The notes: generated by a model not told the origin, from the letters alone. 64,000 nt of DNA from Eledone cirrhosa (GCA_964016885.1 OZ024751.1:26474001-26538000), one strand, 5' to 3'; counted from the stretch's first letter, positions 42,523 through 62,052 are shown. Numbers and translations: made by a program.

Positions 42523-43590
42523 CATTTTTTAGATTTACGCCCTACCCCTTACCCCAGCACTACCACTCTTCTCCGTCTGGCTGAGCTTGTTCTCACCCAC
42601 CACCGTCTCCACCACCATCTCCATCACTACCACTGTCCCCAGCACCGTCTCTACCACCACCACTGACCCCAGCACCGTCTCCACCACCACCGTCCCCACC
42701 ATTGTCTCCGTCGGCCACCCTAAAAAAACTAAATCTAAATCTAAATATCAATATAAATATATCAATGAAAACTGTCGCTAGTTAAAAGCTGTTTATATTT
42801 GTGTCGTCTGCTACTCCATGTTTACATAGTTCAGTATTTTGATACAACTTTGAGTATCATTTAAAGAAAAAAATGGAGAAATATATCAAACAGGAAATGG
42901 AAGCCCGATGCTAATCCATTTAGCAGAAATACCAATATTTGAGAACAACTCTTTGAATTCTTCTTTTACTTTGTTTTTGTAGTGTGGGGTTGGTTCACTT
43001 TTCTTACAACAAAACTGTTTATCAACCAACCCCTTCTTCCCCAACTTTCAATAGTGACAGAAATATTTCGCTTTGTCGCTCCTGTTAATTGAAAGAAGAA
43101 AAAGGACACAACACACACACACACAGACAAACACACACACAGACACACACACATACACACACAGACACACATACACACATACACACACACATACACATAC
43201 ACACAGACACACACACACACACACATACACACACACACATACACACATACACACACACACACAGACACAGACACACACAGACACAGACACACACATACAC
43301 ACAAACACACACATACGCACACAGACACACACATACACAGACAGACACACACACAGACACGTGCATATACACTTGACGAAGTATCCATAGATCATACTCC
43401 ACTCAAGTGACAAGCAGCGGACATATTTCACAAAGGAGAATTAAAAAGCAGAATATATATATATATAGAGAGAGATAGATAGCTGTGTGTGTTTGTATAT
43501 ATATAGACATGTATATAAGCACATGTTTATATATATATAAAATAAAGTAAAATAAATAAGTCAAATGTTTAAAATTTAGCTTCGTTTATT

Positions 43591-43645
43591 ACTGCTATAT
43601 ATATTTCGGTGACAGCCATCTTTGGCTGTGACCTCTTCAGGCAGT
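43591..43645 (-). ncRNA. Type I minimal hammerhead ribozyme motif (Penelope-type)
   Basis: ACUGC-CUGAAGA-GGUCACAGCC(AAAGAU)GGCUGUCACC-GAAA-UAUAUA-UA-GCAGU: complete core, stems I and II, and a palindromic stem III. Confidence 0.8.
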
Positions 43646-44188
43646 CCGAATTAGTGTGGTATAGACAAGTACATATGTTGTTAAGGTGTATAATTTTGTC
43701 AATACTCTGATATGCCCAGTTCCTGGTTGGATTGTTATTTCACTGAGGAACTGGAATCATATGAATTCAAACAAACGAATTTCAGTGTCAAAGGGCCTCT
43801 TCTCCTCTCATTGGTCAGTTGTTAGAACATTCCTCATTCAAAAGTCTATAGAAATTCGTTCTGAGGCAAGCCAATCTGTAGTTGTTGTTCTTGTTATTGT
43901 TATATATATATATATGTATATGTATGTGTGTGTATATATATATGTGTGTGTCTATGTGTGTGTGTGTGTGTGTGTGTAGGAAAAGAGTCAGGACCCTGAC
44001 GGCTGAGCTCCGGCCGTTTCGACAGCTAGATCCGAACAACACCACCAGCTCTCTCTTCCATTCTCCTTCCCTGTCCCCTCTCCCTCTCTCTGTGTCTCTC
44101 TTTCAATCAGACGATGCGTTATGTCCTTGAGCAAGACACTTTATTTCACGTTGCTCCTTCTACCTGGAGTTGCGACCGATAGATAGTA

Positions 44189-47340
<3,152 letters not shown>

Positions 47341-48079
47341 AATATTTGTATGTAGTCTTAGATACTGGATGGTCTTTGATCAGATGCTGACATGAAGTTA
47401 AACAACTGAAGTAAGTTTTGTTTCACAAAAAGGCATCTGAATCTATTGAAAAATACGCTGGAACGGCAATAAACACCTCATTAAAGCGATGTCAGTAAAC
47501 ATTAAGTGTTGCTACATAGAATCTATTTAGATTGTGAGAGAAAGCTTAAGAAGTAAACAAATAGTGAATAAAATAAACTGCTGCTACTTAATAGGTGTTT
47601 TATATCTGAGAAAAACAAGAAATTAAGCAGCGTTTATATACCTATGAAGGTTGAGAATATAGTTTTAGGAATATAATGAAAGAAAGCATGTTTATCTGCT
47701 CATCTAGAGATAAAAAGACGAAATAACAAACATTACATGAGAAACACCAACAAAGCACAAGTGATATGTTGTAAGTTTAGAATTGATTGCTGCCGCCATC
47801 TTACATTTCACCTCGATAGTCGTCAATTGTTTATATTATTCCAGGGGTGTAACACAAACATCAACAAATGTTTTAACTTTTATACACTGTCAAATATATC
47901 AGACATACTTCTAAAAACAAAATAAAAAAGGAAAATAAATATTTTTCACCGAAAAAAAAACAACAAAAATATACAAAATAAACAAATTATCGTCTAATTT
48001 TAAAATCAACTTTATATCTTTTTATTTCTCAAAAATCGGGTATAAAATTGTAGATAAAGATGTGTTGTTGTTGTTATTA

Positions 48080-48833
48080 CTGGATTGGCAGTATCGGTAG
48101 AGGGTCGGGCGCTATGCTTTGATCTGAGTTCAAATCCCGCCGAGGTTAACTTTGCCTTTCATCCTTACGGGGTCGATAAAATAAAGTACCAGTAATGCAC
48201 TGGGGTAATTGCTGGCCTTGTGCCAAAAAGTAGAAACAATTATTACTAGCATGTCGAGGGCGGTGGATTGGCAGTATCGGTTGAGGGTCGGACGTCATGC
48301 TTTGCAGCATAGAGTTACGGCCCTTTACGGTCTGAGTTCAAATCCCGCCGAGGTTATCTTTGCCTTACGGGATCGATAAAATAAAGTACCAGTCACGCAC
48401 TGGGGTCGATTTAATCGACTTTCCCTTCCCCCAAAATTGCTGGCCTTGTGCCTATATCAGAAACCATTATTACTAGAAATGTCGGACACCTTACTTCGTG
48501 GCCTTTACATTTTGAGTTCAAATCCCACCGAGGTTAGCTTTGCCTTTCATCTTTAAGGGGTCGATAAAGTTTTTGGGGATTTAATGACCCCCCCCCCCCC
48601 CATTAATTTCTGGTCTTGAGTCTAAACCAGAAACAATTATTATTAATAGTATTATATTGTTTCTACTTTTGGCACAAGGCCAGCAGTTATCCCAGTATAT
48701 TACTGGTACTTTATTTTATCGACCCCGTAAACATGAAAGGTAAAGTTAACCTCGGCGGGATTTGAACTCAGACCATAAAGGGACGTGACTGTGCTGCAAA
48801 GCATGGTGTCCGACTCTCTACCGATACTGCCAA
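48080..48833. mobile_element. Cluster of SINE family B copies: three direct and one inverted
   Basis: Copies at about 48080, 48258 and 48475 on plus and 48655-48833 on minus. Confidence 0.8.
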
Positions 48834-50594
48834 TGGGACTATTTAGATATTATGGGATCCTTTGGCAACAGCCCAGTCAGCCCCGTCACTGTGTGAGGAA
48901 TATCTTTGACTTGCTGATGACAAGTCACTCCGTCACTGTGTGAGGAATGTCTTTGACTTGCAGATGACAAGTCACTCAGTCACTGTGTGAGGAATGTCTT
49001 TGACTTGCAGACGACAAGTCTTTCGACTGAGATGTCTTGGCTACAACCTAGGCAGCTCCGTTACTGTGTGTGAAATGTCTTTGACTTGCAGACCGCAAGT
49101 GATTCGTTAGCCATGACACAGAACTCTGATATAACAGGTTCAGATCGTTTTACAGCCTTGACTGATATTCCCGACATTTACTACACTTGTTTTTTGTTTT
49201 ATCACTTTAACAACTTCATAACTAATGGGTGTCTTCATGTCAGGCAAATAGAAAAAATAATAAAAAATATTCAAATACAATTCCTTAAAAGTATTTATGC
49301 CAAGCTTATCTCCATTTGACCCAGCACTCGTTCTCTGAGACGAGACATTATAGCTATTTCCGGTGAGAATTGTTGGGGATAATAAATATCTTATCTAGCT
49401 TTAATTTTGTTAATCCGTATTTTATGACGAGAGGAAGTTTATATTGAAATTGTTGGCACTCCACGAAGTCGCTAGTAGACGTTAAAGTATCAATGAATTA
49501 TGGCTTGATAATTACAGTTGACAATTTGGAGTTTAACTGGGTTAAAACCACAAATGAAGTAACAGATGTCAACCGGAAGTTAGTTACTGTAATACGGACA
49601 TTTTAAAACCACAGACGATAACCAGAAATAAGTTGGAGCCAATGTTAGATATAGTTCCTTCAATAGGAACCAAAGAAATAAACAAAATGGCTAAGAAAGG
49701 CCGTATGTCAGAACAGCACCCCGTCCACTCCAGGAGTTACCCAGGGGAGGTCAAATGTAGAAGGTAGGCACTCTACTTCAAATAGCTCATGTACGGGTCT
49801 GTCACCTGGTGTGACACCTGTTTTGTCTGCCACCATGTGTGTGTGTCACCTGCTGTGTGTGTGTGTCACCCTGTGTCTGGGCACTTCCCCCACCCTTACT
49901 TTGCAATGGTACACTCTCAGATTTAGAAAACAGCTTATAAAAACCCCACCTGAAATACGTTTCTCACGAAAGTGTACCAACCTAGAAAGTTCTGAAGCCC
50001 CAGCCCAGAACATGCATATGACAGCACTAGAACATACATATATATTACGTATATATTAATGACATTTTTACAAAATTCAAAACTGAATAAAAATACTAGA
50101 CCTTGAGTTGGGTAGCCCCCCCCCTCCAATTTGCAGGCGATTCTATCCCATCCACACCTCCACCTGATCCTCATTTCTATCTCTCCTGGTGACACCTACT
50201 AACTCCAGACAATAGAATAGTATACAATTTCGTACAAACGTGAACATAACAGATTTGTTTGTCTTCCTGGAATCAACGTTGCTGCAATGTTTTAGAATCT
50301 TTCAACCCTTCAGTAATATTGGATTATATAAAATTCTGGGATTGTTATTTAGCCTTAGGTCAGCTCTGAGTAAACATAGAATTAAAAGCATTCCAGCTAT
50401 GATCGTTTTGACTATTTTTAGAGAGTCTAGGACTACATTATCTAATGTGTCTTTCTTTGTTTTAGATGAAGTATGAATGGTTTGAAGGAAAATTGGCTGC
50501 TATTTATAGATGTTGACCGACTACATAGAGGTTCTCTTGCAAGAGAAAGGAATAAGATATCGCTGTCTTATGGTGTTAAAACCAGGTATTAAGT

Positions 50595-51023
50595 GACAGT
50601 ATAACTTCCTCCTTTCCTCTCACCAGTCTCTGTGACTCTGGAAAGTGTCATAGGAACTTCCCCTTCCTTGCACCAATCTCTGTGACCCTGGACAGTGTCA
50701 TAGGAACTCCCCTTCCTTGCACCAATCTCTGTGACCCTGGACAGTGTCATAGGAACTGCCCCTTCCTTGCACCAATCTCTGTGACCCTGGACAGTGTCAT
50801 AGGAACTGCCCCTTCCTTGCACCAGTCTCTGTGACTCTGGAAAGTGTCATAGGAACTCCCCTTCCTTGCACCAATCTCTGTGACTCTGGAAAGTGTCATA
50901 GGAACTTCCCCTTCCTTGCACCAATCTCTGTGACTCTGGAAAGTGTCATAGGAACTCCCCTTCCTTGCACCAATCTCTGTGACTCTGGAAAGTGTCATAG
51001 GAACTCCCCTTCCTTGCACCAGT
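50595..51023. repeat. ~49-bp minisatellite
   Basis: Repeated CCAATCTCTGTGACTCTGGAAAGTGTCATAGGAACTCCCCTTCCTTGCA. Confidence 0.93.
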
Positions 51024-51179
51024 CATGGAGGCCTTAACAAGTGCCATGGGCTCAGCCATTCCTCCTCTAACTCAGTTATTAAAACAAAGAAGTAGAAACA
51101 CTCCATTCACTCAATATATTCCCCATTCAGTATCTATTTTTAAATTTAATCTTTTCTCCCAATATCTGTCCAATTCCAA

Positions 51180-51790
51180 AGTCAATATCTGTTTTTCCTC
51201 CAATGAATATCTGTTTTTCTCTCCTCCAATGAATATGCCCCTCTCGTGAATATCTGTTTTCTCACAAATGAATGTTTTCCTCCAATGAATATCTGTTTTT
51301 CTTCCAATAAATACATACCCCACCCCCCAATGAATATTTGTTTTCCCTGCAATTAATATTTGTTTTGACTCCAATGAATATCTGTTTTACCTCCAACAAT
51401 TTTCTGCTTTTCCTCCAATGAATATCTGTTTTCTCCCCAAGCAATATCTGTTTTCCCTCCAATGAATATGTTTTCTCCCCATTGTACATTTGTTTTTCCA
51501 CCAATGATTATCTGTTTTTCCTCTAATGAATACCTGTTTTTCCACCAATGATTATCTGTTTTTCCTCTAATGAATACCTGTTTTTCCACCAATGATTATC
51601 TGTTTTTCCTCTAATGAATACCTGTTTTTCCACCAATGATTATCTGTTTTTCCACTTATGATTATCTGTTTTTCCTCTAATGAATACCTGTTTTTCCACT
51701 TATGATTATCTGTCTTGCCTCTAATGAATATATGTTTTTCCTCCAATGATTATCTGTTTTCCCTCCAATTAAAACCTATTTTTTCCTCTC
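51180..51790. repeat. Degenerate ~22-bp minisatellite
   Basis: Repeated TTTTCCTCCAATGAATATCTG. Confidence 0.85.
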
Positions 51791-52084
51791 CATTTAATAA
51801 CTAATCCACCCCCTCAATATCTGAGACCCAACCTTCACAGTACTTAGTCTGCCTGTCAGTACCAGCTGGTCAATTGGGGGAGTTGCTAGAATGTTAAATA
51901 CACTGTAATGTTTCAGTTTTCAAATCCTGCTGAGGTCTACTTTACATTACATCTGGGGTCGACAGTTAAAACCTACCACCCCTGTACCAATGCAACCCTC
52001 TCTCCAATCCACCTGTTATATTCTAGATGTTTCCCTAGGGTCAAGCCTCTTCTGTCATATTCTGGATGTTTCTCTGGGGTGAAG

Positions 52085-52490
52085 GAGGGGCCTCTGTCTA
52101 CACAGGAACCCAACTAAAACCATTAACAAGAACCTAGAAACATGTTCGCAGTTACCTTCGATTCTGAGGCAGAGTGATGAAACCGTTCTGCACGCACTCG
52201 TCCAGTGTCCGTGCATTACTGACTTGTGGAGTTATGTCGAACAGCTGTTGTCGCGTGTAGAATGGATCCGGCTATCGGCCGAGTCCAGAGTGAAGATTGA
52301 CCCGCCGCCTTCTTTTGGCCAGGAAGGGCAGGTAATATCCCTCTGTCTGGTGGCAGTAGCGAAAGAGGTTGTATGGTGGACCAAGTTGAAAGGACTGAAG
52401 ACAGACACTTTTCTCTTCGGCCAATCCTTCAACATTTTTGAATTTCACTTGGAGAAGAAGGTGAGGGTGGAGTGGGGTACCAGGGTCAAC
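52085..52490 (+). mobile_element. L1/Tx1-clade LINE ORF2 C-terminal fragment
   Basis: Zinc-knuckle remnant QSDETVLHALVQCP followed by LWSYVEQLL...AKEVVWW. Confidence 0.65.
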
Positions 52491-53112
52491 CCTGGGTCGT
52501 TATCCCCCTATTGGGGAATTTTCATTGTTGCATTTCTTTTGTTTATTGTTATTGATTTCCTATTTTCACCCCCACCACCATTACCTCCCTATACATTGTG
52601 AGTTCAAATCCTGCCATGGTTAGTTTTGCCTTTTGTCCTTACAGGGTCAATAAAGTAAAGTACCAGTAATGCACTGGGGTTGATTTAATCGACTCCCATC
52701 CCAATAGTTGGCCATGTGCCTATTTCGCTTACCACGCAGCATTGTAGGGTGCCAGGTGTCCCCGACTATTGGATTGAGGTGACCCCTTCAAATGTCAAGC
52801 AGTTTTCTGAGTATCCTATCAGTTCCAAGCGGTGTAAGTGCCCTACACTGATCTTGTCACCAATTAGGTTCAAATAGTTTAGAGTTCTGGTTCTTAAACT
52901 TCCAGATACCCCGACTATAGAGTACCTGACACCCTGACTATAGAGTACCAGACACTCCGACTATACAGTAACTTATACCCCTACTATACAGTACCTTATA
53001 CCCCAATTATAGAGTACCAATACTCCGACTATAACCGGGACCTCCTCAAACTTTTCCATTGCCTACAAATGTTTTATCTTCCATGCTAGAAGTTCATATC
53101 TCTCAATCTTCT

Positions 53113-53152
<40 letters not shown>

Positions 53153-53734
53153 TTGCAATGGCTTACATTTTTTAACACAATATCTTACTTTCTTCTTGCT
53201 TTTCTCTTCCTTTTTTCTTCATTTCAGTCATTTCTCTCGTGTTATAAGAGACACCAAACATTTTCTCTAACATTACACAAAGTTCTGTGTTTTGTAGCTG
53301 AACGCCTATAAAGTAATATTTTGTCTCTCGTCTCTTACTCCAGTGGACAGCGTTTGGCTTATGTCAGACACTGTGACTCTGGGTGGACCACCAGTCTACC
53401 CAAGTCCCTCTACCCAAGTCCCTCTACCCAAGTCCATCTCAATGACCAATGAGTTCTATGTCCTTCGTTTGTATTTTCATTTTTTTTAAAAATAATTTCT
53501 TTAAGTTTTCCCATTAAAAATTTGTTTTTTGTTTTGTTTTGTTACAACAACAACAGTAACAACAACTACAGTAACAATAACAACAACAACAGTAACGACA
53601 ACAACAACAGCAACAACAGTAACAACAACTGCAGTAACAACAACAACAACTGCAGTAACAACAACAACAGACAGTAAAAAGCAACATTTAAAACTAAAAA
53701 TGTTTGTTAATAGAAATATTTATAATACTTAGAC

Positions 53735-54844
53735 CAGAGTTTCTCTAACAGTGTTACCTGGAACCCTAGGGTTCTACAAGAGGGCACTAGGGTTCCACAA
53801 GAGGGCACTAGGGTTCCACAAGAGGGCACTAGGGTTCCACAAGAGGGCACTAAGTTTCCAGAAGAGGGCACTAGGGTTCCACAAGAGAGCATTAGGGTTC
53901 CACAAGAGGGCACTAGGGTTCCACAAGAGGGCACTAGGTTTCCACAAGAAAGTCCTAGGGTTCCACAAGAGGGCACTAAGTTTCCACAAGAGGGCATTAG
54001 GGTTCCACAAGAGGGCCCTAGGCTTCCACAAGATGGCACTAAGTTTCCACAAGAGGGCACTAGGGTTCCACAAGAGGGCATTAGGGTTCCACAAGAGGGC
54101 CCTAGGGTTCCACAAGAAGGCCCTAGGTTTCCACAAGAGGGCACTAGGGTTCCACAAGAGGGCACTAGGTTTCCACAATTGGCACTAGGGTTCCACAAGA
54201 GGGCACTAGGGTTCCACAAGATGGCACTAGGGTTCCACAAGAGGGCCCTAAGTTTCCACAAGAGGGCACTAGGCTTCCACAAGAGGGCCCTAGGGTTCCA
54301 CAAGAGGGCACTAGGGTTCCACAAGAGGGCATTAGGGTTCCACAAGAGGGCACTAAGTTTCCACAAGAGGGCACTAGGGTTCCACAAGAGGGCACTAGGG
54401 TTCCACAAGAGGGCACTAGGTTTCCACAAGAGGGCACTAGGGTTCCACAAGAGGGCACTAGGTTTCCACAAGAGAGCATTAGGGTTCCACAAGAGGGCAC
54501 TAGGGTTCCACAAGAGGGCACTAGGTTTCCACAAGAGGGCACTAGGGTTCCACAAGAAACACTGATAAATAAGCTAATGCATTTGGGAGTAATGTTTGTT
54601 TAATTTTATATTCATAATTTGACTATAGACATACGTGATATTGTAATAAAGGCTTCAACCTTTTACGTAAAACTAGGTTGATATAAAAGAGATAGATATT
54701 AATAATTGTTTCTACTAATAGATAGATAGATATTAATAATTGTTTCTATTAATAATGATACATAATAATGTTGATGTAGGGCTTCCCTGAAACATGAAAA
54801 CTATTTCAAGGCTTCCACAAGGATTAACAGTTTCAGAAATGGTG
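53735..54844. mobile_element. Non-autonomous hAT element containing an expanded minisatellite
   Basis: CAGAGTTTCTC terminus, GGAACCCTAGGGTTC subterminal palindrome, and 8-bp flanks ACTTAGAC / ACCTAGAC resembling the Charlie-type target consensus. Confidence 0.6.
53760..54556. repeat. 21-bp tandem repeat, about 38 copies
   Basis: Unit AGGGCACTAGGGTTCCACAAG. Confidence 0.96.
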
Positions 54845-55258
54845 ACCTAGACAGATCCTGGTGACAATTTACAGTAATAGAGTTAAGATTTGTTGCCATA
54901 GTAATGTTTTCTACTTTTCAAGAATGTCTGGCTCTGTGGTATAGGAGATTAAGAGTTAAGAAGAACAAAAGGAAGAACTGAATTAAATATTGAAGAGGTT
55001 TCCTTCTGAAAGAGATTCCACAATGGTGTGTGAGGTGTATAGGAATAAACCATTTCATTGATACATTATATTAAGTTAATAATATAGCTATATATTCATA
55101 ATGAATATGTACATGTGTGTATTTATATATATGTTAGTTAAGTGTGTAACAACAGTAACAGGTGGCACACCATTCGAAGCACTCAATACTGTTACGAGGT
55201 CTGTTTTATTTGGGTTGTATTCCAGTGTTACGGCTGTAGTATGTAGAGTGTAAATAGA

Positions 55259-55505
55259 TTTTAAAGAATCGACGTCAGTGTTGTAACATATGTACAAACT
55301 TTATTGACATATTACAATTGTTTCAATATCAATCAGTTGAGGGTTCAATCAAGGTGACGGGGCCAGACTCTTCTTTGACATCTCGTCAAAAAATTGTCTG
55401 GCCCCGTCACCTTGACGCTACCCTAAGCTGATTGATATTGAAACAATTGTAATATGTCAATAAAGTTTGTACATAGGTTACAACACTGACTTCGATTCTT
55501 TAAAA
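55259..55505. repeat. Long imperfect palindrome with ~110-bp arms
   Basis: TTTAAAGAATCGA...GGGGCCAGAC and GTCTGGCCCC...TCGATTCTTTAAA are reverse complements. Confidence 0.92.
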
Positions 55506-55800
55506 GGAAAAAAAAAATATATATATATATATATACACAGATATATATGTGTGTATATATATATATATGTGTGTGTGTGTATATGTGTATGTATCTGTGT
55601 GTATATATATATATATATATACATAAACATACATATATATCTTTATTACATATAGACATAATTTCTACAGGATTAGAACTGTTTCATGTAATAAAAATGT
55701 GTATACTCTAACTCTACCAAATGTATTGAGTACTTTTTTTAACTGTGTTTACATCCAAACACCACTCATGAACCTACATACTATATATATATAAATATAT

Positions 55801-56141
55801 ATCATCATCATCATCATCATTTTACGTCCACTTTCCCTGCTTGCAAGGGTGGGACGGCAACTGATTCTGGGTTGATTTCTAAAGCTGGATGCCCTTCCTA
55901 ACACCAACCTCATTTACAGTGAGTGCTGGGTGTTTTTTTGCCGTGGCACCTCCACGACCACTTCGCAGTGGAATGATAGGGACTCCAGTCCCTATCATCT
56001 CATTTCTACAGCTGAGTAAACTGGAGCAATGTGAAATAAAGTGTCTTGCTCAAGGAAACAACACATCACCCGGTCAGAGAATTGAATTCACAACCTTTCG
56101 ATAGCAAGGCCAATGCTCTAACCACTAAGCCATGTGCCTCC
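55801..56141 (-). mobile_element. SINE family A copy
   Basis: Reverse complement of 33143-33462. Confidence 0.85.
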
Positions 56142-56358
56142 ATATATATAAATATAAATCAGAATGGATGTAGTAAAAACCAGTTAGATCATTACTCACC
56201 AGAGTACTCAATACTTAGGGTACTAGAATGGGTAATATGAAGGATTTGGGACCCCAACGACTGAGCTCCTGCCATTTCAACAGCCAGATCCGAACTGAAT
56301 TGCTGGTGTTCTGCTGGCGATTCAGTTGGGATTTAGCTGTTGAAACGAATCGTTCATA

Positions 56359-56428
<70 letters not shown>

Positions 56429-56565
56429 GAAGGAAGTGAGGTAAGGAACCAGGTGGACCATAATGCACCAGAGTACTCAATACTTTGGGTAGCAGAGTGG
56501 GTAATATTAAAAGGTTCTGGACCCTGATGGCAGAGCTCAAGCCGTTTCAGGGTCCTTAACCTTTT

Positions 56566-56619
<54 letters not shown>

Positions 56620-56974
56620 TACATATATATATACTCACACACATACAAATATTTCCCTCTAACATACACACATGCACACACACACATATACATATATATC
56701 ATTATTTAATGTCCATTTTTCAGACTAGCAGCTATATAACAACAACAACAATAAGAATAAGACAACAGTAATAATAATCATAAATGTCTCATAGTAGAGA
56801 AAGCAATATAAAGAAGAGAGAACTCAATACACTTTGTTGAGTTAATATTCATTTATTCAGGCAGAAAGAGGAAGACAATAACTAGAGTTTCATTTTTTGG
56901 GTTCTACAAATTGAAGAACTTCTGGAGGGGACACAAGTAATTATCTTCCCTTATCAGCCTGACATCTACAGATT

Positions 56975-59466
<2,492 letters not shown>

Positions 59467-59618
59467 CCGTATTTCCCAGCGCTGAAGTCTCACCCTAATT
59501 TTGCCAACCAAAAAGTTGAAAAAAAGTAATAAACAACCTTTGGCCTCCAGGACCCATTGTAGATTTTTGAGACTTATTTTAGGAAAAAAAGTAGTCTCTT
59601 CAACGCCATGAAATACGG
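59467..59618. mobile_element. Tc1/mariner superfamily (Tc2/pogo-like) MITE
   Basis: TA|CCGTATTTC...GAAATACGG|TA terminal inverted repeats with TA duplication. Confidence 0.75.
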
Positions 59619-59777
59619 TATGTATATATATAATTTGTTAGACTACTTTTTATAGTCAAAAACCTGTGTTGAAATGGTTAACTTTAAGCTAAAATATATT
59701 TGAAATTCATAATTAGCCCAACGCTCATGAAAGTATAATTGTTCATGTTTATATATATATATACACACACACACACA

Positions 59778-59832
<55 letters not shown>

Positions 59833-59972
59833 TATACACACATATAACAACAATAAAAAAATTAAATTAAATTCAGTGATTAAAAAACTGTAGTTAAGAA
59901 ATATTTCAGCTTGGTATAAAATGTATGAATAATAAATTATTTTGATATGGTTATATTTGTTGTTGTTTTAAT

Positions 59973-60016
<44 letters not shown>

Positions 60017-60222
60017 TATATAATATATATATATAATATATATATATAAATATATATATATAATATATATATATAATATATATATATACACATATATATA
60101 TACACATATATATATATGCGTATATATATATAAACATATATAAACATATACGTATATATACATACAAATATATATATATATATTTATATATATATATGTA
60201 TATATGTTTATGTATGTATGTC

Positions 60223-60257
<35 letters not shown>

Positions 60258-60278
60258 GCATATATGTTTATGTATGTA

Positions 60279-60328
<50 letters not shown>

Positions 60329-60590
60329 TATGTATATATATATATTATATATAATATACATGCACATATATATGTGTGTGGTGTGCGTGTGTGCAGTTAT
60401 ATATGCATGCCCTTGTGGGTTAGTGTGTGCATATGCCTGCTTGCATTTGTGTGTGTGTGTGTGTGTTTGTGAAAGAAAGGTAGTGTGTGTATATGTGTGA
60501 TGTGTTTATAATAACATTTTCAATAGAGCTAAAACAAGAGTATTGTTTTCTTGAAAATTCAAGGCTGAGTGTTGTGTGATAAGCAGTCAG

Positions 60591-60665
60591 TTAAAAATGT
60601 TTAAAATGTTTTTCGATTTTGAATTTTTTTTCAAATAAAATATATTTGGGAAGTCTCTTTGAATT
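60591..60665 (-). CDS. Possible terminal coding exon of the spondin-like gene (NSKRLPKYILFEKKFKIEKHFKHF*)
   Basis: Strong poly-T/CTACAG acceptor and open phase-0 frame to TAA; no homology support. Confidence 0.25.
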   Translation of the reverse strand, partial: NSKRLPKYILFEKKFKIEKHFKHF

Positions 60666-62052
60666 CTGTAGAAAAAAAAAAAAATGTATTGTTTTCTTTC
60701 CAGAAATTATGGCTTTGAAGAAATATTCTCTGGGAATTTTTATTTATTTATGTATTTATTAATATTTATTGTTTATTTATTAGTAGGGAGCATCATCCCT
60801 GCATTTTTTTTTTCTCCATTTCTGTCATTTTCAAAGTGGAGTTTGCCTGTAATAAGAAAGGAAAAAGGGAAATTTTAGATCTTAACATTTAATGTATATA
60901 TGGTCCCGTAACTCCTGATAGAGTCACAGAGGTGCCATATTGACATACAGCAGTTTTGGGGGCATTTTAAGCCTGGCAGAGCCCACCCTTCTCTAGATCT
61001 GAGTACAGCATGTTTCTTCCAAAGAAAGATAAAGAGAGTGAGAGATTTAGAGGAAGAATCAACCCCCAGTAGTACTAGACTGGTACTTTTTTTTATCAAC
61101 CCTGAAAGGATGAAAGGCAAAGTTGACCTCAGCGGGATTAGAACTCTGAGTAGAAAACCAGAACAAATACAACAAAACTTTCAATCTGACCTTCTAACAA
61201 CTCTGTCAATTTGCTGCCATACTAACATCTGAAGATACCAGTAAATTATACAATATTTTCTTCCTTCTTTTCTTTTAGACTCTTTCTTCTCTCTCATTCG
61301 GTAATATAATCTCTTCTCCTTATCCTCTCACTCTCCTTCTCACAGTCTCTCTTTTACTCTCTCTCTCTCTATCCTCTCACTCTCTTTCTTACACATACTC
61401 ATCTCTCTCTCTTTCTATATATGCTAAATACCAGATAAATAACGAGAAAGTTACCAATTTTATTAAATCCATCCGAATTGTTGATTATTTTGAAAATTAT
61501 TTGAAAATCAAGGACGATATTTACTTGTATGTGTATGTATATATATGTGTATATGTATGTGTATATGTATGTGTGCCTCTAGTTAAGCACTCTTTGCTTG
61601 TCTCACTTTCTCGTTCTTTGCCTGCCACTTCACTCAGTGTGTATACTCCTCCTTTAACCCACTATTTTAAAGACTCACTGTATTTTTCTCGATACGATAT
61701 CAAACATGACATCTGGCATCAAATCATCCAGCCGACCAATCAACCAGCACATCAGGTAATATATATATATATTATATATATATATATATATGTATATATT
61801 GGCAAATGTGTTAAATCCTTGATACAGTTAGGTATATTTAATAAGAAGGAAAAGAATGACTTCACTTGTAGTGCTAAGCAATCTAATTTAATTTTATAAT
61901 ATTATGATTTTACAATTTGGTTTTGTAGATCTAGTAAGTTGTTTATTAACTTGGGTGGGGAGAGCCTGAGATCAGTTGTGAGTTCTATGTGAATCGAACT
62001 CATAACATTAAGTTCTCTGAATATGTCACTATCTGTAAACCAACTTTTGTAT

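Noticed and set aside
53707-54565. Repetitive ORFs (WNPSALL / ALGFHKR)
   Set aside because: 21-bp tandem repeat inside a non-coding MITE, open in multiple frames.
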